Source: an uncultured Solirubrobacterales bacterium (lineage in GTDB: Bacteria; Actinomycetota; Thermoleophilia; Solirubrobacterales; 70-9). Taken from it: a stretch of DNA of 64,000 nt. The notes under the pieces are model-generated. The model was given only the letters and a program-made list of their open reading frames with translations. It was not told the DNA's origin and searched no databases. The stretch spans positions 1,805,782 to 1,869,781 of the forward strand of contig OY969802.1 in NCBI GenBank assembly GCA_963703235.1, read 5' to 3'. Every line of letters begins with the position of its first letter. Within the stretch, counting starts at the first letter, position 1. Position numbers and translations under genes: made by a program. This document shows positions 57,851 to 64,000 of this stretch, in pieces.

Positions 57851-60594
57851 GCGGCCGCGAGGTGACGCTGATTGTCGACGGCCGCGAGGTGAGCGCGACC
57901 GAGGGCGAGATGCTGCACGACGCCGCCACCCGAGGCGACGTCGAGATCCCAGTCTTCTGTTACGAGCCGAAGCTGGGCGACCCGGTCGGCGCCTGCCGCA
58001 TGTGCCTGGTCGAGATCGAGGGGATCCCGAAACTGCAGACCTCCTGCTCGACGCCGGTCCGCGACGGGATGGTCGTCCACACCCGGACCGAGCAGGTGAA
58101 AGAGGCGCAGAGCGCCGTGGTCGAGTTCCTGCTCGTCAACCACCCGCTCGACTGCCCCGTCTGCGACAAAGGCGGCGAATGCCCGCTGCAGGACATCACG
58201 ATGGGCTGGGGGCCGGGCAAGACGCGCTTCACCGACCCCAAGCGCCACTTCGAGAAGCCGCTGCCGCTGAGCCCGTTGGTCGCGATCGACCGCGAGCGCT
58301 GCATCCTCTGCTACCGCTGCGTCCGCTTCAGCCAGGAGGTCAGTGAGGATTCGCAGCTGCAGCTGCTGGAGCGCGGCGACCGCACCTTCGTCGGCACCTT
58401 CGACGAGCGGCCCTACGTGGCGCCCTTCCACGGCAACATCACCGACCTCTGCCCGGTCGGGGCGCTGACCAGCTACACCTACCGCTTCCGCGCCCGCCCC
58501 TGGGACATCGAGGAAGCGGGCTCGGTCTGCACGCTCTGCCCCAGCCAGTGCAACGTCAGCTTCACCGTGCGCGACGAGAAGGTGGTGCGGACGGTCGCCC
58601 GCGACAACGCGGAGGTCGACGACGGCTGGCTCTGCGACCGCGGCCGCTACGGGTTCGAGATGTTCGCCGCCGAGGAGCGGGTGCGGGCGCCGCGGCTGCG
58701 CGGCGGCGAGGAGCCGGGCTGGGAGGCGGCGATCGAGAAGGCTGCCGCGGGCCTGCGCGCCAACGCATCCGGGGTTGACCACACTGGAGGGGGGTCAATC
58801 TCCGATGCGTCGAGCGGGGTCGCCGCGATCGTCGGCGACGCCTCCAATGAGGAGGGCTACCTGGTCCAGAGAATCCTGCGCGAGGCGCTCGGCTCTCCCC
58901 ACGTCGAGTCGCGCACTGCCGGCGGCCCGTCGCGGAACACCCTGCTGCACCTTTCCCAGCCGCGGCTCTCGGCCAGGATGCGCGACATCGACGACGCCGA
59001 CGCGATCCTCCTCGTCGGCACCGACCCTCTGCACAGCTCGCCGATCCTCGACCTGCGGATCCGCAAGGCGATGCGACGCAACGGCGCGAAGCTGGTCCTG
59101 GCCACCGACCGCCCGACCGCGCTCGACGGTGGCGCCGAGGTGGCGGCGCGCTACGCGCCCGGTGGCGCGACAGGGTTCTTGTCCGAGCTGGCCGCTGCGC
59201 TCACCGCAGACGCGGCCGACGCCGGTATCCCCTCCTCACTCGCAACTCGTCGCAGTGACGGTGGAGGGCTGTCGCCCGAGGCTTTCGGCTCCTCCCGCGC
59301 AAAACGTTCGGAGGGGATACCGGCGTCGGCCGAGGTCGCCGAGGTGCTGGGTGGCGCCGGGCGGGTTGTGGTCGTCTGGGGGGAGCGGGTCGGGCGCGAG
59401 GGCGAGGGGGCACTGCGCGCCTTGCTCGACGTGGCACACGCGCTGGGCTTGGCTGACAAGGAGGGCGCCGGCCTGCTGGAGGTGCCCGAGCTGACCAATG
59501 CCCGCGGCCTGCGCGAGGTCGGCTGCCTCCCCGACGCCGGCCCGGGCCTTGGCGAGGCGAGGTCTACGTTGAGCCCCTCACAGGGGCCAAATGCAGACCT
59601 CACCGGCAAGTCGTCCGAGGAGATCCGCGCGGCGCTGGAGTCGGGTGAGCTGAAGTCGGTCGTGCTCTTCGGCGTCGACCCGCTGCGGGACTTCCCCGAC
59701 TCCCTCGCCTGGGCCCGCGCCCTGGCAGCGGCCAAGCACGTGATCTGCTTCTCGATGTTCGAGACCCTGACCACGGCCGCCGCCGACGTCGTCTTCCCCC
59801 TCGAGACCCACGCCGAGAAAGACGGCACGGTTACCCACCCGGATGGCCGCCTCCAACGAGTCCGCCCCTCGGCCTCGCGCCCCGGCGACATCCGCCCGAA
59901 CTGGGGCGTGCTGGCCGAGCTTTCACTTGCACTCGGCCACGACACTGGAGTCGTCTCCCAGCCCTCGGCCCTGGCGGCGCTTACCGAAGCTGTGCCGTTC
60001 TACGCGGGCATCGACGACGCAGCAATCGGCGGCCGCGGCATCCGCTGGCAAGACCGCGACGCCGCCAGCTCATTCCCTGCCGCTGAGCCAGCAGACACCG
60101 CCTCATCCCTCCCCACTCCCACGAACGGCCCGAAGGACGGCGACGACGCCGGTGTCCCCTCCGAACGTTTTGCGCGGGAGGAGCTGGAAGCTTCGGGCGA
60201 CAGCCCTCTACCGTCACTTCGACGAGTTGCGAGTGAGGAGGGGATACCGGCGTCGTCCCTGACCCTCGGCACGTACCGCGACCTGTGGGCGGGGCCGATC
60301 ACGGAGTTGAACCCCCCGCTGAAGTTCCTGCAGCCGCAGCAACGGATCGAGCTATCGCTTGCCGACGCCGAACACCTCGGCCTGAAGAACGGCGAGCAAG
60401 TCGAAGTTGCTCAGAACGGAACCACCGTGTTGGCCCGAGTCGCGATCAAGGAACGGGTTCAGGAGGGTGTCTGCTTCCTGATCGAGGGGACCGCCGAGGA
60501 CAATGCCAACGGCTTGCTGAACGGCGGGCCGGTGAGCGTTGAGATCGCCAAGGTGCCAGCCGCAGCTCCGGCGACCAGCGAGGAACCAGCGTGA
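57847..60594 (+). CDS. nuoG: NADH-quinone oxidoreductase subunit G, enlarged by in-frame palindromic-element insertions
   Basis: The GTG at 57847 overlaps the nuoF stop (GTGA). Motifs CYEPKL...CRMCLVE and HPLDCPVCDKGGEC. At 915 aa it is about 100 aa longer than I recall for typical actinobacterial NuoG (recollection, not checked here). The extra segments coincide with the repeats at 58765-58808, 59218-59327, 59556-59601 and 60145-60254. Confidence 0.9.
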   Translation: MSGREVTLIVDGREVSATEGEMLHDAATRGDVEIPVFCYEPKLGDPVGACRMCLVEIEGIPKLQTSCSTPVRDGMVVHTRTEQVKEAQSAVVEFLLVNHPLDCPVCDKGGECPLQDITMGWGPGKTRFTDPKRHFEKPLPLSPLVAIDRERCILCYRCVRFSQEVSEDSQLQLLERGDRTFVGTFDERPYVAPFHGNITDLCPVGALTSYTYRFRARPWDIEEAGSVCTLCPSQCNVSFTVRDEKVVRTVARDNAEVDDGWLCDRGRYGFEMFAAEERVRAPRLRGGEEPGWEAAIEKAAAGLRANASGVDHTGGGSISDASSGVAAIVGDASNEEGYLVQRILREALGSPHVESRTAGGPSRNTLLHLSQPRLSARMRDIDDADAILLVGTDPLHSSPILDLRIRKAMRRNGAKLVLATDRPTALDGGAEVAARYAPGGATGFLSELAAALTADAADAGIPSSLATRRSDGGGLSPEAFGSSRAKRSEGIPASAEVAEVLGGAGRVVVVWGERVGREGEGALRALLDVAHALGLADKEGAGLLEVPELTNARGLREVGCLPDAGPGLGEARSTLSPSQGPNADLTGKSSEEIRAALESGELKSVVLFGVDPLRDFPDSLAWARALAAAKHVICFSMFETLTTAAADVVFPLETHAEKDGTVTHPDGRLQRVRPSASRPGDIRPNWGVLAELSLALGHDTGVVSQPSALAALTEAVPFYAGIDDAAIGGRGIRWQDRDAASSFPAAEPADTASSLPTPTNGPKDGDDAGVPSERFAREELEASGDSPLPSLRRVASEEGIPASSLTLGTYRDLWAGPITELNPPLKFLQPQQRIELSLADAEHLGLKNGEQVEVAQNGTTVLARVAIKERVQEGVCFLIEGTAEDNANGLLNGGPVSVEIAKVPAAAPATSEEPA
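58765..58808. repeat. imperfect 16-bp inverted repeat inside nuoG (possible small palindromic insertion)
   Basis: gcatccggggttgacc ... ggtcaatctccgatgc, 13/16 complementary with a 12-nt loop. It encodes NASGVDHTGGGSISDAS at a position where, as I recall it, NuoG homologs have only a short linker. Confidence 0.4.
59218..59327 (-). repeat. 110-bp TIR-bearing palindromic element (type 1), copy a, in-frame in nuoG
   Basis: GACGCCGGTATCCCCTCC...GGAGGGGATACCGGCGTC. Its reverse complement is about 95% identical to copy b. It is translated as [37 protein letters not shown]. Confidence 0.9.
59556..59601. repeat. 46-bp palindromic element (type 2), in-frame copy in nuoG
   Basis: ggcgaggtctacgttgaGCCCCTcacAGGGGCcaaatgcagacctc is the reverse complement homolog of 36969..37014. 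It is translated as ARSTLSPSQGPNADL. Confidence 0.8.
60145..60254 (+). repeat. 110-bp TIR-bearing palindromic element (type 1), copy b, in-frame in nuoG in the opposite orientation to copy a
   Basis: GACGCCGGTGTCCCCTCC gaacgttttgcgcgggaggag ... cgacgagttgcgagtga GGAGGGGATACCGGCGTC. It is translated as [37 protein letters not shown]. Confidence 0.9.
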
Positions 60595-61589
60595 TCCCCG
60601 TCGCCGACACCACCTTCGTCGAAGCGACCTGGATCATGGTCGTCAAGTCGCTGCTGATCTTCGGCGTGATCTTCGCGATCCTGCCGCTGATGACCGTCCT
60701 GGAGCGGAAGCTGATCGGCCGCTTCCAACACCGCTACGGGCCCAACCGGGTGGGGCCGTTCGGGATCCTGCAACCGCTTGCCGACGTCGGCAAGCTGCTC
60801 AGCAAGGAGTCCTTCCGCCCCGCCAACGCGATCCCGACCCTGTTCGTGCTGGGGCCGCTGCTGCCCGTCCTCTCCGGCGTCCTGGCGCTGGCGATCATCC
60901 CCTGGGGCGACGTCCAGGACGGCGTCGGCCTCTACGGGATCGACGTCCCGATCGGCATCCTCTACTTCTTCGCGGTCGGCTCGATCGCCTTCTACGGGGT
61001 GCTGCTGGGCGGCTGGGCCTCGGGCTCCAAATACAGCCTGCTGGGCGCGATGCGCGGCGCCGCGCAGCTGATCTCCTATGAGGTGGCGATGGGCCTGGCG
61101 CTGCTCGGCGCGATCATGATGGGCGGCTCGCTGTCGCTGGTCGACCTCGTCCACGCCCAGGGCGAGATGTGGTTCGTGGTGCCGCAGTTCGTCGGCTTCC
61201 TGATCTTCATGCTGGCCGGCTTCGCGGAGACGAACCGGACCCCGTTCGACATGCCCGAGGCCGACGCGGAACTGGTGCAGGGCTTCATGACCGAGTACGG
61301 CGGCATGCGCTTCGGCAGCTTCCTGCTGGTCGAATACATGGAGATCCTGGTCGTCGCGGGGATCGCGGCGGCGGTCTTCCTCGGCGGCTGGATGGGTCCC
61401 GGCCCGGGCTTCCTCGACCCGGTCTGGATGCTGGCCAAGATGCTCGGCCTGGTGCTGGTCTTCATCTGGGTGCGGGCGACGCTGCCGCGGCTGCGCTACG
61501 ACCAGCTGATGAGCCTCGGCTGGAAGGTGCTGCTGCCGCTGGCGACCCTGAACGTGCTGGTGACCGCGGTGCTGGTGGTGGTCACCTGA
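60591..61589 (+). CDS. nuoH: NADH-quinone oxidoreductase subunit H
   Basis: Track ORF of 332 aa, GTG start overlapping the nuoG stop. Motifs ERKLIGRFQHRYGPNRVGP and FAETNRTPFD. Confidence 0.95.
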   Translation: MIPVADTTFVEATWIMVVKSLLIFGVIFAILPLMTVLERKLIGRFQHRYGPNRVGPFGILQPLADVGKLLSKESFRPANAIPTLFVLGPLLPVLSGVLALAIIPWGDVQDGVGLYGIDVPIGILYFFAVGSIAFYGVLLGGWASGSKYSLLGAMRGAAQLISYEVAMGLALLGAIMMGGSLSLVDLVHAQGEMWFVVPQFVGFLIFMLAGFAETNRTPFDMPEADAELVQGFMTEYGGMRFGSFLLVEYMEILVVAGIAAAVFLGGWMGPGPGFLDPVWMLAKMLGLVLVFIWVRATLPRLRYDQLMSLGWKVLLPLATLNVLVTAVLVVVT

Positions 61590-61646
61590 TGGGTGTGGCG
61601 ACTTATCCGTCATATACACCGATAACTCGCCACACCGGAGGCGACC

Positions 61647-62189
61647 GTGGCTGAATTCCCCTATCTGAAAGACCAGGATGTGGTCGAGGTCCAGCGGGGG
61701 CCGGAGCCGGGCGGAGTCGGCGGCGCCTACCGCGCCTTCGGCGAGACGCTGCGCGGGTTGAAGACGACGATGGCGCGGCTGATCGAGGGGCCGCTGACGA
61801 TTCAGTACCCGGAGGAGAAGACGCCGGTCTACCCGCGCTTCCGCGGCCGCCACAAACTCCACAAGTTCGAGGACACCGGCCTCGAGAAGTGCGTCGGCTG
61901 CTCGCTCTGCGCCGCCGCCTGCCCGGCCGACTGCATTCGCGTCGTCGCCGCCGAGAACGTGCCCGGCGAGCGGGTCTCGGCCGGCGAGCGCTATGCCGCC
62001 GTCTACGAGATCAACCTCTCGCGCTGCATCTTCTGCGGCTACTGCGAGATCGCCTGTCCCTTCGACGCGATCACGATGGGCCACGACTACGAGATGGCCG
62101 AGTACGACCGCGAGAACCTGATCTTCACCAAGGAGATGCTGCTCGCCGAGTCGATCGAGCGGACGCCGCTGCGGAGCGAGGGCGAGTAG
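61647..62189 (+). CDS. nuoI: NADH-quinone oxidoreductase subunit I
   Basis: Track ORF of 180 aa. Two 4Fe-4S motifs, CVGCSLCAAACP and CIFCGYCEIACP. Confidence 0.95.
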   Translation: MAEFPYLKDQDVVEVQRGPEPGGVGGAYRAFGETLRGLKTTMARLIEGPLTIQYPEEKTPVYPRFRGRHKLHKFEDTGLEKCVGCSLCAAACPADCIRVVAAENVPGERVSAGERYAAVYEINLSRCIFCGYCEIACPFDAITMGHDYEMAEYDRENLIFTKEMLLAESIERTPLRSEGE

Positions 62190-62890
62190 TGGAGGAGATC
62201 CTCTTCTTCGCCGCCGCGATCGGCGCCCTCGGCGGCGCCGTCGGTGTCGTCGCCATGCGCAACCCCTTCTACAGCGTGCTGGCGCTGATCGTCCACCTCT
62301 TCTCGCTCGCGGTCCTCTTCCTCCTGCTCAGCTCGGCCTTCCTCGCCGCCGCCCAGGTCGTCGTCTACGCCGGCGCGGTGATGGTCCTCTACGTCTTCGT
62401 AGTCGCCTACGTAGGCGGCGAGCACGAGTCCGCCTGGGAGCCGATCCCCGGCCAGCAGTTCCTGGCCCCCCTCCTCGGCATCGCCCTCTTCGTAGAGCTT
62501 GCAATAGCCGTCCTAGGCTCCTCCCTCCTAGCCCTGGGCACCGAGGGACCAGAAGTGGCGCCGGGCTTTGGCGATCCGGCGGCAATTGGGACCTTGCTCC
62601 TGGAGCGCTTCCTGATCGCCTTCGAGGCCGCGTCCATTCTGCTCTTGCTCGCCGCGGTTGGGGCGGTAGTGCTAGCTGGGCGGCAGCGGTCGCCGGGTGA
62701 CGCTGGCGGTGCGATCGCGCCAGCTGGCGGTCAGGCGGCGCTCGCCTCTGAGGAGGGGCCGGGTAGCCCCTCTGAACGTTTTGCGCGGGAGGAGAGCACC
62801 CCAAGCGGCGACAGCAGCAAAACTCTCAATCGACGAGTTGCGAGTGAAGAGGGGCTACCCGGCCCCTCCCCCGCAGGTGGGTCCGCGTGA
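62189..62890 (+). CDS. nuoJ: NADH-quinone oxidoreductase subunit J with a C-terminal extension partly encoded by a type 1 palindromic element
   Basis: The GTG at 62189 overlaps the nuoI TAG by 1 nt. Motifs [13 protein letters not shown] and [19 protein letters not shown]. After the last helix ([11 protein letters not shown]) there is a tail of about 70 aa containing [30 protein letters not shown]. Confidence 0.85.
   Translation: MEEILFFAAAIGALGGAVGVVAMRNPFYSVLALIVHLFSLAVLFLLLSSAFLAAAQVVVYAGAVMVLYVFVVAYVGGEHESAWEPIPGQQFLAPLLGIALFVELAIAVLGSSLLALGTEGPEVAPGFGDPAAIGTLLLERFLIAFEAASILLLLAAVGAVVLAGRQRSPGDAGGAIAPAGGQAALASEEGPGSPSERFAREESTPSGDSSKTLNRRVASEEGLPGPSPAGGSA
62755..62866 (+). repeat. type 1 palindromic element, diverged copy c, in the nuoJ 3' tail
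   Basis: GGGGCCGGGTAGCCCCTCT gaacgttttgcgcgggaggag ... cgacgagttgcgagtga AGAGGGGCTACCCGGCCCC. The TIR differs from copies a and b by paired (compensatory) changes in both arms. Confidence 0.85.
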
Positions 62891-63186
62891 CGGTCGAGTG
62901 GTACATCGTCCTGTCGAGCCTTCTGTTTGCAATCGGCGCCACCGGCATCCTGATCCGCCGCAGCCCGGTAGTGATCCTCCTCTGCCTAGAGCTAATGCTG
63001 AACGCCGGCAACCTCGCCCTGATCGCCTTCAGCCGCATGGTCGGCAACCAGGAGGGCCAGGTCTTTGCCCTGATCGTGATGGTCGTCGCCGCCTGTGAGG
63101 TGGTCGTCGGGCTCGGCCTGATCGTCGCCATCTTCCGCCGCAGACTGCCACTCGACGTCGATCGGCTGAGGGAGCTGCGCGGGTGA
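62887..63186 (+). CDS. nuoK: NADH-quinone oxidoreductase subunit K
   Basis: Track ORF of 99 aa, GTGA overlap with nuoJ. Motif [13 protein letters not shown]. Confidence 0.95.
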   Translation: MTVEWYIVLSSLLFAIGATGILIRRSPVVILLCLELMLNAGNLALIAFSRMVGNQEGQVFALIVMVVAACEVVVGLGLIVAIFRRRLPLDVDRLRELRG

Positions 63187-64000
63187 GCGCCACCGCCTGG
63201 GCCTGGCTGGTCCTGCTCTTCCCGCTGCTCGGCTCGATCGTCATCGGGCTCGGCTTCCGGGCGCTGCCGGCGCGCGCCGCGGGCGCGATCGGCACCGCGA
63301 CGATCGCGCTCTCGTTCCTCTGCGGGATAGCCGCCCTCCTCAGCCTGCTCGGCGACGAGCCGGACGCGCGCCACCACGCTTCCTCGCTCTGGGACTACGC
63401 CAGCGCGGGTGGACTCGACGTCGAGCTCGGCATCTTCGTCGACCCGCTCTCGGTCTTCATGGTCCTCGTCGTCACCGGCGTCTCCACCCTGATCCACCTC
63501 TACTCGTTCGGCTACATGGAGTCCGACGAGGGCTACCGACGCTTCTTCAGCTACCTCAACTTCTTCGTCTTCTCGATGCTGCTGCTGGTCCTCGCCGGCA
63601 ACTTCGTGCTGCTGACGGTCGGCTGGGCCTTCGTCGGCTTCGCCTCCTACGCGCTGATCAGCTTCTGGTACCGGCGCACGACCGCGACCGGGGCCGGGAT
63701 GAAGGCCTTCGTGATCAACGTCGTCGGCGACATCGGCCTCGTCCTCGCCGCCTTCCTGATCTTCCGCGAACTGGGGACGTTCGACTACGAGGCGGTCTTC
63801 GCCAAAGCGCCGGAGGTCTTCGCGGTCAACGAGTGGACGATCGTCGCGATCTGCCTGCTGCTCTTGGTCGGCGCCTTCGCCAAGTCGGCGCAGCTGCCGC
63901 TCCACACCTGGCTGCCCGACGCGATGGAGGGGCCGACGCCGGTCTCCGCCCTGATCCACGCGGCGACGATGGTGACCGCCGGCGTCTACCTGATCGCCCG
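63183..64000 (+). CDS. nuoL: NADH-quinone oxidoreductase subunit L, N-terminal part (runs off the window end)
   Basis: The GTG at 63183 overlaps the nuoK stop. My own translation gives [18 protein letters not shown]...[15 protein letters not shown]...[31 protein letters not shown]. It is absent from the track because no stop lies in the window. Confidence 0.9.
   Translation, partial: MSATAWAWLVLLFPLLGSIVIGLGFRALPARAAGAIGTATIALSFLCGIAALLSLLGDEPDARHHASSLWDYASAGGLDVELGIFVDPLSVFMVLVVTGVSTLIHLYSFGYMESDEGYRRFFSYLNFFVFSMLLLVLAGNFVLLTVGWAFVGFASYALISFWYRRTTATGAGMKAFVINVVGDIGLVLAAFLIFRELGTFDYEAVFAKAPEVFAVNEWTIVAICLLLLVGAFAKSAQLPLHTWLPDAMEGPTPVSALIHAATMVTAGVYLIA

Overview
Very GC-rich (about 70% by eye, third codon positions almost all G/C) actinobacterium-like chromosomal window. 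The holB-tmk-topA order, class II nrdJ and a nuoA-L operon fit that assignment. I recognised no rRNA, tRNA, CRISPR array, integrase or transposase. The window has three zones.

(1) 0.26-18.3 kb, minus strand. A collagen-like membrane-anchored protein is followed by six very large, signal-peptide-bearing proteins joined by ATGA/GTGA start-stop overlaps (one junction has a 3-nt gap): FN3 plus YWTD/PD40-type beta-propellers, an NHL propeller, and two paralogs of an unrecognised family. This zone contains a 3.4-kb mosaic internal duplication. One copy carries a 1-nt frameshift. Most of the proteins end in an unusual Cys-plus-polybasic tail.

(2) 18.5-27.4 kb, an accessory, defence-island-like stretch. 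It holds a Fic protein with an AbiEi-like N-terminus, an AAA ATPase with a DUF4143/PD-(D/E)xK tail, an XRE regulator with a small divergent ORF, a 1083-aa fusion of an N-terminal phosphoribosyltransferase domain with a C-terminal class III nucleotidyl-cyclase-like domain, and a Schlafen/AlbA_2-HATPase-wHTH protein. Part of this stretch is bracketed by 34-bp direct repeats, one of which lies inside the neighbouring response-regulator gene. The PRTase-cyclase fusion is my best candidate for an undescribed system.

(3) 27.4-64 kb, housekeeping genes. These include a two-component system, GT2/DUF2304, holB-tmk-topA, an epimerase, sirC-like, hemolysin III, nrdJ, a CsoR copper module, a MacB-like ABC transporter, HAD/MFS, msrB, serS, cytochrome c and nuoA-L.

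Small palindromic elements are scattered through zone 3. The most striking is a 110-bp TIR-bearing element inserted in-frame in both orientations in nuoG and again in the nuoJ tail, resembling Rickettsia palindromic elements. There are also two perfect long inverted repeats (19 and 27 bp arms) that bracket 74-79 bp in divergent promoter regions.

Most long ORFs in the supplied track that run antisense or out of frame to these genes are Arg/Pro/Gly-rich artefacts of high GC.
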